The notes beneath the pieces are model-generated. The model saw only the letters and a program-made list of their open reading frames with translations, did no database searches and was not told the DNA's origin. Source: an uncultured delta proteobacterium (GTDB lineage Bacteria > Desulfobacterota > Desulfomonilia > UBA1062). From it: a stretch of 64,000 nucleotides of DNA. This document shows, piece after piece, positions 53,535 through 64,000 of the stretch (position 1 is its first letter; every line of letters starts with the position of its first letter). The position numbers and the translations under genes were made by a program. The DNA lies in NCBI GenBank assembly GCA_963785235.1, contig CAWAUM010000001.1, positions 783,607-847,606 on the forward strand. Reading direction: 5' to 3'.

Positions 53535-54791
53535 ATGGAATATTTCGATATCCATTTCCAGTACCTGACAGAAGATGACGAAGCCCTGAAGAGGGCAGCC
53601 CACCAGTTTGCCGAACAGGTCATGAGACCTATAGCAAAGGAGCTGGATGGCATGTCCGCAGCTGATGTGGTGGCCGCCGGGTCGCCCTTGTGGAAATTCT
53701 TGAAGAAGGCTTATGAGCTCGGCTACCACAAGACCCTGCTGCCGGAGTATTATGGTGGTTTAGGCCTGAGCCCCCGCCAGATCCACATTGTGTTCGAGGA
53801 GTTGGGCTGGGGAAGCTTCGGGCTGTCCGTACTGCTCGGTGTAATCTGCTTCCCATTCTACGTTGCGGTCTTGGCCGGTAATGAGGAGCTCATCGAGAAA
53901 TATGTAAAACCGTTCTGCGCATGCACCGATGCAAGCATCAGGGGTTGCTGGGCCATCACGGAGCCGGACCATGGCTCGGATTACATTGCCTCGGGTGAGG
54001 ATTACTTCACCACTCCCAAGATGCGGGGGAATGTCCAGGCGCGGCTGGAGGGAGACGAATATGTCATCAATGGCCAGAAATCAGCATGGGTTTCTGGCGG
54101 CACCATTGCCACCCATGCCCTGTTGTTTTTGCAGCTCGACCCGAAACAGGGTTTCGGCGGGAATGGCATCTGCGTTCTCCCGCTGGACCTCGATGGTGTA
54201 ACCAGGGGCAAGCCGCTTGAGAAGATTGGACAGCGTGACCTGAACCAGGGCGAAATTTATTTTGAAAATGTGAGGGTCCCCAAGAGCTACATGCTTGCAG
54301 ATCCAACATTCTATGAGCCCCTTTTGGAAATGGTCCTTGCCTCAGCCAATATGATCATGGCCACCTGGTCAACGGGCCTTGCCCGGGCCGCATTCGAAGA
54401 GGCCCTTGTATATTCGAGAGAGCGGGTCCAGGGTACACGGCCACTCATGGAGCACTATGTACACAAACAGCGTGTCTTTAAGCTGTTTGCGCGTACAGAG
54501 ACCATCCGGGCACTCTCACGCGCTGTGATCCAACTCAACTTGAATATTTCCCCTCCTATAACGGAATATTCGTTGGTGGCTAAGACCCAGTGCACGGAGA
54601 TGGCCTACCAGAACGCCCATGAGTTGATCCAGATCATGGGAGGTAACGGCCTGACAAAAGAATATATCGCAGAGAAACTCTTCAGGGATGCCCGGGCCAC
54701 CCTCATCGAAGATGGCAACAACGAGACGCTGGAGCGGCATGGCGGACATATCCTCGCGGAGACGTACCCGCGTCCACCGCTGGATTTCTAG
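53535..54791 (+). CDS. Acyl-CoA dehydrogenase family protein
   Basis: AITEPDHGSD, INGQKSAWVS, KIGQR, QIMGGNG and EKLFRDARATLIEDG. Confidence 0.92.
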   Translation: MEYFDIHFQYLTEDDEALKRAAHQFAEQVMRPIAKELDGMSAADVVAAGSPLWKFLKKAYELGYHKTLLPEYYGGLGLSPRQIHIVFEELGWGSFGLSVLLGVICFPFYVAVLAGNEELIEKYVKPFCACTDASIRGCWAITEPDHGSDYIASGEDYFTTPKMRGNVQARLEGDEYVINGQKSAWVSGGTIATHALLFLQLDPKQGFGGNGICVLPLDLDGVTRGKPLEKIGQRDLNQGEIYFENVRVPKSYMLADPTFYEPLLEMVLASANMIMATWSTGLARAAFEEALVYSRERVQGTRPLMEHYVHKQRVFKLFARTETIRALSRAVIQLNLNISPPITEYSLVAKTQCTEMAYQNAHELIQIMGGNGLTKEYIAEKLFRDARATLIEDGNNETLERHGGHILAETYPRPPLDF

Positions 54792-54831
54792 TCCGGCTAT
54801 ATGGCACCTGAATCTCAAAAGGAGGAAAACG

Positions 54832-55621
54832 ATGTCAAGGATTCATATTCAAGAATTTCCCCAATATACGCCATCAGAGCAGGCAAAGAAGGACAATGTG
54901 CTGCTGGCGGCAAAACTCATGACCAATGCCGCACTGACCGCACCGTTCACTGGGGGCGTAAACGGGATAGAGGCTGAAATAGCCTATGGACAGAAAGAAT
55001 TGGAATACATTGCCAGGGAGATGGAGCGATCTGGCCAACCATGAGGTGCCCGAGAGACTGAGGAAGCCGTTTCTCTATGAGGCGGTGATGGTCAGGGAAA
55101 GCGATGTTATTGTCTTCATCGGCAACTTCCGGGCTCACAGCACACCCATGGATGCAGCGTGCGGACTGTGCGGCGGCGAACAGGATTGCTCCTTTGTCTA
55201 CAATAAAGTGAAGCATGTCAATGGGCTTGTCGATACCACTGACCGCCAGAGAACCACGGCGATCAAGGGCCCTCTTTGTACGCTCAGGGCTCATGATGTC
55301 GGGTATGCAGTGGGATCGGCCCTCTGGATCGCATCGAGCCTTTTCGTGGACGCCAAACCATGCTACTCGGTGGGTCTCGCCGGAAGGAACCTTGATTTCT
55401 GCATGAATTCAGAGGTGGTCGTGGGTATCCTGGTGGGTGCCATGGCAAAGAACCCCTATGCGGACATCCCGACAGACTACCATCTGACGAACATGTCCAA
55501 GCAGATAGATGCAGTAAGGAAGATCTCCATCATTACCCGCCAGATGGCAAACCATCCGTATCACAGGTTTGATCCCAGCAAGCCCAAGGGATCCAAAGAC
55601 AAGAAAAAGAAGGAGGACTAG
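54832..55621 (+). CDS. DUF2148-type Fe-S protein A (frameshift near 55028)
   Basis: AALTAP, ACGLCGGEQDC, GPLC...DVGYAVGSA and KNPYAD; RBS AGGAGG. Confidence 0.78.
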
Positions 55622-55624
55622 GCC

Positions 55625-56447
55625 ATGGCAATATATAGTGGAGAGCAAGCCACTCAAGAATACCTCCTGGAAGTTACCAAAGGATGCGCCGTGGCAGCAG
55701 CCAAGGCTCCGACCCTTACGAATTCGTTAGGTCTTCGGACTGAGATAGTTACAGGAGAAGATCTCGATCCCATAATCGACGTCCTGGAGACCTTCGGGCA
55801 GACATCCACGTTCCAGATGCACGATGCCGTGGCATTGAAATCCATGAGAGAGAAAGGTGTGCTGCCACCCATACTGCTGATGGGAGCAGACCTCTGCAAG
55901 CCGGTCTTGTGGGACTGCGGGGCGTGCGGTTTTCCCACGTGCGGTGAATACATCAAGTTCGTCAGCCGGAACAAGGGCATGGGGATAGGCGCTTATGGGC
56001 CGTCATGCGTGTGGAAGGTGATCGATTTCGGGATGGCCGCAGACTATGCCTGCGCTGCAGCTGCTATGCACCGTGTCGAGGCCAGGATTATTCTTCAGTA
56101 TCGGTGCGGTGTCCATGTTCCTCGGACACCTGGAGGGGGCATCTTTTGTTCTCGGATTGCCTGTCGGCCCGGTGGGGCTCAATAACTGGTTCGACCGTGA
56201 GAGCTGGGTGGATGCGTTTAACTATCAACAGAGGACGCTGGGTCAGCTGGCCGGTGGGCCGAACCTTTCCATGGCCTTTTCCGGAGGCGGGTATCCCGTC
56301 ATCAAGACAAAACCCAACTGGTGGGAAAACCCCACCTTCATGAAGGTGGAACAGGACGAGGCGTTCGTACAAAAGGACGCCGAGGGCAAGGCAAAGGTCT
56401 TTGAGAAGATCATGAAGTACCGCGGCGTTCTTCCAGAGGATGAATAA
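55625..56447 (+). CDS. DUF2148-type Fe-S protein B (frameshift near 56090)
   Basis: AAAKAP, DCGACGFPTC, GPSC...DFGMAADYA, SIG and NNWFDR. Confidence 0.78.
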
Positions 56448-56567
56448 TCATTCTGTAAGGGGTGGTTTTCTCCAGCCTTGCATGGGGGAAAATCACCCTG
56501 AACAGTGAAAGAATTTCACGAAAGATATTCAGAGATCGGAACTACTGGAACAAGGAGGCAACTGAGA

Positions 56568-57831
56568 ATGCGTGACGTGTATATTATCGCAGTGGGGATG
56601 ACCAGGTTCGGCAAGCACCTGGACAGAACGGAAAAGGACCTGGTGGCAGAGGCCTTTGCCAGGACCATGGATGATGCACCGGAAATCAAAATCAGTGATA
56701 TCCAGTCCGCGTTCTTTGCCAACACGGCATGGGGCTTCTTCACCATGCAGCACTCCATCAAGGGCCAGGTGGCCCTGCGGCCCCTGGGCATAGAGGGCAT
56801 CCCCATCACCAATGTGGAGAATGCATGCGCCTGCGCGTCTACGGCGCTCCACTGTGCATACAAGGACGTGGCAAGCGGTATGTATGAATGCTCTTTGGCT
56901 ATCGGCATGGAGAAGCTCTACAACGAGGACAAGGCCAAGTCCATGATGGCCTTCAATGCAGGCGTGGATGTTTCCAACTTCGATGGTCACTTTAAGGCCT
57001 GGAGGGGCATCATGGACGGGGTGAAGCTGGATATCCCTGTTGATGACGGCGGGGCCGGGGCCGGAAAGACCAGGAGTGCCTTCATGGACGTCTATGCGAA
57101 CATGCTCAGGTGGCACATGGCCACCTTCGGGACCACCCAGCGCCAGCTGGCGGTCATTGCCTCAAAGAACCACTTCCACAGCTCCATGAACCCCAATGCC
57201 CAGTTCCAGAACACCATGACCGTGGATGAGATTCTGCAGGGCAAGCCTGTCATCTGGCCGCTGACCGTTCCCATGTGCGCTCCTATAGGTGATGGCGCAG
57301 CAGCGGCTATTGTATGCTCGAAGGATTTTCTGAAGAAACTGAAGTCGGCCAGACCGGTGAAGATCCTGGCATCGGTGCTGGGGTCCGGCACGAACAGGAG
57401 GCATGATCAGGTGGACCTGGATATCGCGGTGAGGCTCTCCAGGCAGGCATATGACATTGCAGGCGTAGGTCCTAAGGACATCAATGTGGCCGAGGTTCAT
57501 GACGCCACTGCTTTCGGCGAGTTGCACCAGTGCGAGTCTCTGGGGTTCTGCAAGATAGGTGAAGGCGGGCTCTTTGCTGAAAGCGGAGCCACGATGCTCG
57601 GTGGGAAGATCCCCATCAACACCTCGGGCGGTCTCGAGTCCCGTGGGCACCCGGTCGGGGCTTCCGGGCTCGGCATGATCCATGAGCTGGTCACCCAGCT
57701 CAGGCACGAGGCTGGTCCCCGGCAGGTTCAAGGGCTGCAGGCTTGCCCTGGGGGAAAACGGTGGCGGCAACATCGCCTTTGAAGAGGCCTCCATGACCAT
57801 CCACATCCTCGAGCGGATGAACGGAAAATGA
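56568..57831 (+). CDS. SCP-x-type thiolase (frameshift near 57730)
   Basis: NVENACACA, EVHDATA, SGGLESRGHPVGASG and ENGGG. Confidence 0.9.
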
Positions 57832-57863
57832 AGATCAGAAGTTTCATAGTTTATACCCTCCTT

Positions 57864-57902
57864 GATCCGGTGGCTCCACCCCGGCGCTACCGGATCGTTT
57901 TT
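57864..57902 (+). terminator. Hairpin with T tract after the thiolase
   Basis: GATCCGGTGGC...GCTACCGGATC-GTTTTT. Confidence 0.6.
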
Positions 57903-57959
57903 AGAACATGTTAAGGCAGGGTGATTCGATATTCTCTAATGGATTGAAAGGAGCGTTTC

Positions 57960-58787
57960 ATGGATCGATTCAAGACAAAGACAGTGGTGATAACTGGCGC
58001 AGGCAGCGGGTTCGGCCGCGGGCTCGCCATGGATTTTGCTAAACTGGGGTGGAAGGTTGCTGTCAGCGACATCAACATGGACAGGGCCGAAGAGACCGTT
58101 AGGCTCATGGATGGAAACGGCCGGGGCCTGGCCATTCCATGTGATGTCACCAAGCCCGAGGATGTACAGCGGCTGGCAGATGCCGTGCTCAGTAAATGGG
58201 GCTCTGTGGACATCATTATCAACAATGCAGGTGTCCCAGTCATAGGGTTTATGGAGAAGGTAACCCTGGAAGACTGGCGGTTTGAGATCGACATCATGCT
58301 CATGAGCGTCATCTACGGGTGTCGGACCTTCATCCCCATCTTCAAGAAGCAGGGCTGGGGTCATATCGTGAATGTTGCATCATCCGCAGGGATCGTTTCA
58401 CTGCCCGAAATGGCTCCCTACAACGTTACCAAGGCAGGTGTAATCTCACTTTCAGAGACGCTCCGCGGAGAATTGAAAGGAAGTAATATCGGCGTCACAG
58501 TGGTGTGTCCGACCTTCTTCAAGACAAATCTCATGGATCAGGCCCGGTGCACCGACGAACGCCAGCTGAAGATGGCTGATGCATTTTTCTGCAAATTCTC
58601 TTTCGGCACCGTGGAGAGCGTGAGCAGAACAACTCTCAAAGCAATCAAGAAGAACAGGCTCTATGTCCTACCCCAGCCAGACTCCAAGCTCTTCTGGTTT
58701 TTGAAGAGGATGACGCCGAACACATACTACAATGTCAATGCATTCCTGTACTCACGGGGCATCCTGGACAGGATCCTCGGAATCTAG
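57960..58787 (+). CDS. Short-chain dehydrogenase/reductase
   Basis: TGAGSGFG, NNAG and YNVTK. Confidence 0.92.
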   Translation: MDRFKTKTVVITGAGSGFGRGLAMDFAKLGWKVAVSDINMDRAEETVRLMDGNGRGLAIPCDVTKPEDVQRLADAVLSKWGSVDIIINNAGVPVIGFMEKVTLEDWRFEIDIMLMSVIYGCRTFIPIFKKQGWGHIVNVASSAGIVSLPEMAPYNVTKAGVISLSETLRGELKGSNIGVTVVCPTFFKTNLMDQARCTDERQLKMADAFFCKFSFGTVESVSRTTLKAIKKNRLYVLPQPDSKLFWFLKRMTPNTYYNVNAFLYSRGILDRILGI

Positions 58788-58807
58788 GAAAGAATGGGGG
58801 GTGACGC

Positions 58808-59209
58808 ATGAAGAATGAAACCCGGAAGCAGATTTATTTCTGGGGTTCCCTGTGGAACTTCAACTTTGCATTCACTGGATTAGTGATGCCCGGACTAACC
58901 ATGTGGCTCTTGTCCGGATCGAAAAACATAATCACCGGAGTTCTGCCCAAGACCTTCTTTGCCTTCTTCTGGCTGGCTGTTGGCGTCTTCGGGTGGGGGT
59001 ACTACCTCGTATCGCGCGACCCTGACAAGAACCAGGGTATCATCTGGATGGGATGCCTTGCAAAGGTGGTCATCTTTCTCACCTTTGCCCGTCTCTATCT
59101 CCGCAGGCTGGTAACGACCTTTGCCTTTCTTGCTGGGTTGGGAGATTTCATCTGGACGATCCTTTTCCTGGCCGCCCAGAGGGGAGAAAAGGCCAAAGAA
59201 ATCGCCTGA
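58808..59209 (+). CDS. Small 4-TM membrane protein
   Basis: Four hydrophobic segments with FGWGY...DP..N and G...K motifs. Confidence 0.72.
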   Translation: MKNETRKQIYFWGSLWNFNFAFTGLVMPGLTMWLLSGSKNIITGVLPKTFFAFFWLAVGVFGWGYYLVSRDPDKNQGIIWMGCLAKVVIFLTFARLYLRRLVTTFAFLAGLGDFIWTILFLAAQRGEKAKEIA

Positions 59210-59246
59210 TATGAAAAGGCATAATTTATAAATGGAGGGTATCCAT

Positions 59247-60315
59247 ATGGCAGTTGAGGTAAAGGAAGTGAAAAAGGACAAAGCGGATCTCCTGAAGAAC
59301 CTGGAAGAGAACTTTACCGAGACGGAAAAGATCATACTAAGTCGCAGAAGCACCCGCTGGTACAAAAAGGACCAGGTGCCCGAGTTCATGGTGAATCGGA
59401 TACTGGAGGCAGGGAGGTTCGCACCTTCAGCAGGCAACTGCCAGCCGTGGAAGTTTGTGGTAATCAGGGAGCCTCAAGTTATAAGTAACCTTTCGAACAG
59501 TGTCGTCATGATCTGCAAGCTGTTCAAAGCGATCCTCGAATACCGCACGCCCGGGAATTTCTGGAAGTTCCCCATAGCGAAACTCTATACCCACCTGATG
59601 CCGAATAAGCTTGCTCCTGTGCCGTTTGGCGCCATATCCCTGATTGCAGACGGGAAACTGAAGCTTTACCATGATGCCCCGACAGTCATCCTCATATTCA
59701 AGGATAAGCGCGGTGTTTCCAACCCTGACCTCGACTGCGGGATAGCGGGCCAGAACATGGTGCTGGCAGCACACAGCATGGGTCTGGCGACCTGCTGGGT
59801 GAGCTTTTCCAGCGTGGCCTTCGACTATCTCGGCTTCAAGTGGAACAAGGTGTTCGGCATCAAATACCCCTACAGGTTCATCACCAGCATTGCTGTGGGC
59901 TGGCCCATGGGAAAGCCTGACGGGTTCGTGGAGCGGCCGACCCATAGTATCACCTGGTTCGAGAACGGAAAGACAACCATCAGGGACGCCGGCACAACCG
60001 GATCGGGTATAAGCCTGTCGGAAAAGTTCACTGTTCCCAATTACAAGGACCCTTCGCAGACCCACCAGGGAGAGCTCTTCTTCGACTATGACAAGTGCAA
60101 TGGATGCGGAACCTGTGAACGCATCTGCCCGTCAAGCGGCATCGAGATAAAGGATAAAAAGCCCATGATGCCCGCCGGAGCAGAGTGCATGGCATGCGGC
60201 TGCTGCATGGCCATCTGCCCGAAAGAGGCCATACGCATGAAATCGAGTTACCGGTTCTCAGAACATTTCAAGACCATTGATTCACGGCGAGCTGAAGCTG
60301 CCGAGGTTGAAGTAG
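59247..60315 (+). CDS. Nitroreductase-family protein with C-terminal 2x[4Fe-4S] ferredoxin (frameshift near 60281)
   Basis: RRSTRWY, APSAGNCQPW, CNGCGTCERICP and CMACGCCMAICP; the reconstructed end is ..GELKLPRLK*. Confidence 0.82.
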
Positions 60316-60356
60316 CACTCACAGAGTACGAAATTATATCAGAAAAGGAGAACATT

Positions 60357-61929
60357 ATGGCCACTGCAACCAACTGGGCAACCCTGCTCGAAGAGCAGGC
60401 AGCCAAGCTGAAGGACAAACCCTTCTTATACGTCGTTTACCAGGACCGCTACGTCAGTTATGCGGACATGGACCTGAACGCCAACAGGATTGCGAACTAC
60501 CTGCTGAACATGGGGGCCGCTCCGGGTGACGGGATTGCCACCCTCATGAACAACTCATCAGAGTTCCTGGACATCTTTTTCGGCATCCAGAAGATTGGGA
60601 TGTACGTGAACACGGTAAACACCTCGCTCCGCGGTGATCAGCTCGCTTACACCATCGACAACAGCGACACGAAATATCTGGTGGTGGACCACGACCTCCT
60701 CGACATCTACCAGGGTATTGCAGACAAGACCCCCAAGGTGGAGCGTGTGATCGTGAACACCCTGGAGGCTCCTGCGGGATTCAAGGTCCCCAAGGGCATG
60801 ATCGACCTGAAGAATGCTTACAATAAAGATATCCCCACAACGAAGCCCATCTTAGGATTCGACGAAAACAGCATCCTCATGCTCATGTACACATCCGGCA
60901 CCACCGGACTTCCCAAGGGCGTGGTCATGCGGTACAACAAGAACATCATCGATCGGATCAGGATGATCTGCAGGTATAATACTCACCCCGGACTCTATAT
61001 ATTATACCGCTCTGCAGCTGTTCCACGGGAACGCGCTCTATATCACCGTTACCTCCTCGCTCATCGTTGGCTGCACGGTGGCCCTGTCTAAGAGGTTTTC
61101 CGCCGGCAGGTTCTGGGAGGAGATCGCGAAGTCCAAGACTACGGTCTTCAACACCATCGGTGCCATTATCCCCATCCTCATGAAGCAGCCGGAGAGCCCC
61201 TATGAGAAGAGCCACCAGGTGGTGAGGATCCTGTCGGCCGGGTGTCCTGCAGCCATGTGGGAGCACTTCGAGAACAGGTTCGGCGTCAAACTCTGGGAGG
61301 CCTATGCGGCCATCGACGGGACCGGGTTCATCGCCAATTTCGGCGACGGGCCCAAGGGCTCCATCGGCAAGCCGCTGAACTCTATCATCAAGCTCGTGGA
61401 CGATAAGGGCAATGATGTATCCGTAGGTGCAACCGGAGAGCTCCTCTTCAAGGTGGATCCGAACAAGAAGAGCTCGGTGGAGTACTACAATAACCCGGAT
61501 GCATCGGGTGAGAAGACAAGAGGCGAGTGGGAATACACCGGCGACCTCATGTACCAGGATGAGCAGGGCTACATTTATTTTGTGGGCCGCAGCACCGACT
61601 CCATGCGGAGAAGGGGTGAGAACGTATCGGCTTACGACGTGGAGCAAGCTATCCTCAAGCATCCATCGGTATTGGAAGCAGCCGTTTATGCAGTCCCGTC
61701 TGAGATGACCGAGGACGATATCATGGCATCGGTGAAGCTCGTGGAGGGAAATAATCTGGCCGGTAAAGAGCTCTGGGACTTCCTTCAGGACAAGCTCGCC
61801 AAGTTTGCCATACCCCGTTACATCCGCATGGTGGATGACTTCCCCCGGACCGAGACCTTCCGGGTCAAGAAGGGCGAACTGAAGTCCACGGGCGTGACCC
61901 CAGACACCTTCGATGCGGAAAGGGCTTAA
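60357..61929 (+). CDS. Acyl-CoA ligase (CaiC-like; frameshift near 60970)
   Basis: RBS AAAGGAG; YTSGTTGLPKG, TGD and RRRGENVS. Confidence 0.88.
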
Positions 61930-62039
61930 TACAAGAACCTTTTCACGGGCTATGGGTTGGGAAGCGGAGCCTTGCAAGTACTATTAAAAGATGGAGCGTG
62001 CATAAAACTATTAAATAAAAGACAGACAGGGGAGAAGCC

Positions 62040-63056
62040 ATGAATGAATACAAATATCTCAAGACACGTCAGAGTGAACGACACCCTTTGGGTGGAGATT
62101 CACAACCCCCCGGTCAACTTCATCACGGTTGACATTTGCGAGGAGATCTATCTCCTGATCAAGGAAGTTGAAAAGGACCATGCGTCCGCGTCTTCATCCT
62201 CACCGGTGGTATCGAGGACACCTATATCTTCCACTTCTCCATCCCGGAGCTCGTGAAAATCACCAGCGACAACAAGAAGCTCATGCTGGACAAGATCTTC
62301 CGTACGAGGATTGGCGCGGCCCTGGTGCAATATAACCAGACGTTCACCATGTGGATGATGGACCAATTCCCCTGGTACGAGCGTTTCATGCTGGCCTCTT
62401 TCAAGAAAATGAGAAGCTTTGCCTCAACACTTTTCCTCATAAACCAGATGCACCGGTGCTATCTTGCCATCGAACGCATGAACAAGATCACCATTGCCGC
62501 CATAAACGGGACATGCAACGGTGGCGGCACCGAGATGGCCACATGCTTTGACTTCAGGTTCATGGTGGGTGATCAGGACTTTGTCATAGGCCAGCCGGAG
62601 GTTATCGTGGGCATCATCCCCGGGGGAGGAGGAAATACAAGGCTTCCGAGGCTCATCGGCAAGGCCAAGGCCCTGGAGTTCATGCTCACAGCAGATCTGT
62701 GGACCGCTGAAGAAGCCAAGAAGAACGGGCTCATAACGGACCACTTCTCCAAGAAGGATTTCCAGGCAAGGGTTCAGGAATTCGCTGACAAAATGAGCAA
62801 GCGCATCCCTGTGGCGGTCAACGAGATCAAGCAGACGGTGCACAATGGGATGGATACCACGCTTCGTCACTGCCTGAGCATCGAGATGGGCGGGTCCATC
62901 AGGTGCTTCGACAACAGATACACCCAGAATGCATTGAAAGAATACATGCAGATCATAAAAGAGCGTGTCGAGGAACCCAAGGGTAAGCGGAATACTGCAA
63001 AAGAGAACCTCGCACTGATGACAAGTGATGAGATCATCAACCGCATCTTCAACTAA
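62040..63056 (+). CDS. Enoyl-CoA hydratase/isomerase family protein (frameshifts near 62070 and 62180)
   Basis: HNPPVN, IAAINGTCNGGGTE and GQPEVIVGIIPGGGG. Confidence 0.87.
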
Positions 63057-63108
63057 GGGCTTTATATACCCGAAAAAGGAAACAGAGCAGGATCAAGGTT
63101 AAAAAGGC

Positions 63109-63963
63109 ATGAATATAGAGATAGACAATAATTGTTGCACCCGGTGCATGCTCTGCGTGCAAGATTGCGTTTACGGTGTATTTCGTGAGATTGACGGAAA
63201 GCCGGTACCTGCTGAACCGGTGTTATGCAACCTATGCAGCCATTGCGTCGCCGTCTGCCCCCACGGGGCCATTCGGCATGACCTCCTGGATTCGGAGCAG
63301 ATCCACAAGGTGGATAAGAAGAAAATCGATGCCTCGACATACCGGGAGATCGTCCTCAGCAGGAGGAGCGTGCGGCATTATAAGGATAAACCGGTCCCGC
63401 GCGAGGTCATGGAAGAGATACTTGACCTGGCGCGCTATTCTCCCACTGCGGGCAATGACCAGCGCGTGGGGTATATCGTGATCCAGGATAAACAGGAAAT
63501 CAGGGATATCTCACGTGCTGTTTTCCAATCCATCATGCGCATACACACACTGGCCCGGAACCCTTTCATGAAACTGCTGTTGAAACCCTTCAAGCTCCTT
63601 CCCGACAGGTATCTCAGGCTCATGGATTACGTGCGGGAACAGCACGAAAGCACCGGCAGGGACTATGTCCTGTACGATGCACCGGTGCTTATCCTTCTCC
63701 ACGCCCCCAAAAAGGAGCGCTTTGCAGCGGGCAACTGCTCTATAGCGGCTACGAACATTATGAATTACGCGCACGCAATGGGCCTGGGAACCTGTTGTAC
63801 CGGCTTTTTGACAATGGCCCTGCAGAAAAAGGGTAAATTACGAGATAAAGTCAGTGTTCCCAAAACCCGGGATGTATTTGCCAGCCTAGTAATAGGTTAT
63901 CCCACGTATGTGCACACAAACACGGTATCGAGGAAGAAACCCGATATTCTATGGGAAAGGTAA
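63109..63963 (+). CDS. Nitroreductase-family protein with N-terminal 2x[4Fe-4S] ferredoxin
   Basis: CTRCMLCVQDC, CNLCSHCVAVCP, RRSVRHY and SPTAGN. Confidence 0.9.
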   Translation: MNIEIDNNCCTRCMLCVQDCVYGVFREIDGKPVPAEPVLCNLCSHCVAVCPHGAIRHDLLDSEQIHKVDKKKIDASTYREIVLSRRSVRHYKDKPVPREVMEEILDLARYSPTAGNDQRVGYIVIQDKQEIRDISRAVFQSIMRIHTLARNPFMKLLLKPFKLLPDRYLRLMDYVREQHESTGRDYVLYDAPVLILLHAPKKERFAAGNCSIAATNIMNYAHAMGLGTCCTGFLTMALQKKGKLRDKVSVPKTRDVFASLVIGYPTYVHTNTVSRKKPDILWER

Positions 63964-64000
63964 CAGATATGAAAGAGGACACGAAAAGACTATTCCTCTA

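Noticed and set aside
59232-61091. Apparent 619-aa nitroreductase-ferredoxin-CoA-ligase fusion
   Set aside because: One extra base near 60281 explains it. The shifted frame ends ..GELKLPRLK* at 60315, and the ligase has its own RBS (AAAGGAG) and ATG at 60357.

Overview
64 kb of chromosome from a bacterium whose 16S/23S and gene content fit an anaerobic Desulfobacterota ('deltaproteobacterial') lineage. Left to right: an AlgB/KinB-like sigma54 two-component pair; two tandem dodecins; a complete rRNA operon (16S, tRNA-Ile, tRNA-Ala, 23S, 5S); a patchwork of unrelated genes separated by GGGGACA-type REP-like repeats (PIN/AbrB toxin-antitoxin pair, TPR, SH3 and PAS proteins, a lipoprotein, a peptidase, two Lys/Ala-rich histone-like proteins); acyl-CoA metabolism genes; tRNA-Asn; the housekeeping block yceD-rpmF-fabD-fabG-acpP-fabF-rpiB-glyA-nrdR-ribD-ribE-ribBA-ribH-nusB; and fapA with a pentapeptide-repeat gene. 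Two uncharacterised loci follow. (i) A glycosyltransferase, methyltransferase, prenyltransferase-like protein, acyltransferase and B12 radical SAM operon with a convergent second methyltransferase. (ii) A giant sigma54 activator divergent from a beta-oxidation-like operon (unannotated 44-aa ORF, SCP2 lipid carrier, atypical acyl-CoA dehydrogenase, two DUF2148 Fe-S proteins, thiolase, SDR, two nitroreductase-ferredoxins, CoA ligase, crotonase). Many genes beyond about 31 kb, including essential ones, carry single-base frameshifts that are most likely sequencing or assembly errors, so I reconstructed gene models across them. All family assignments come from motif recognition by eye, not from database searches.
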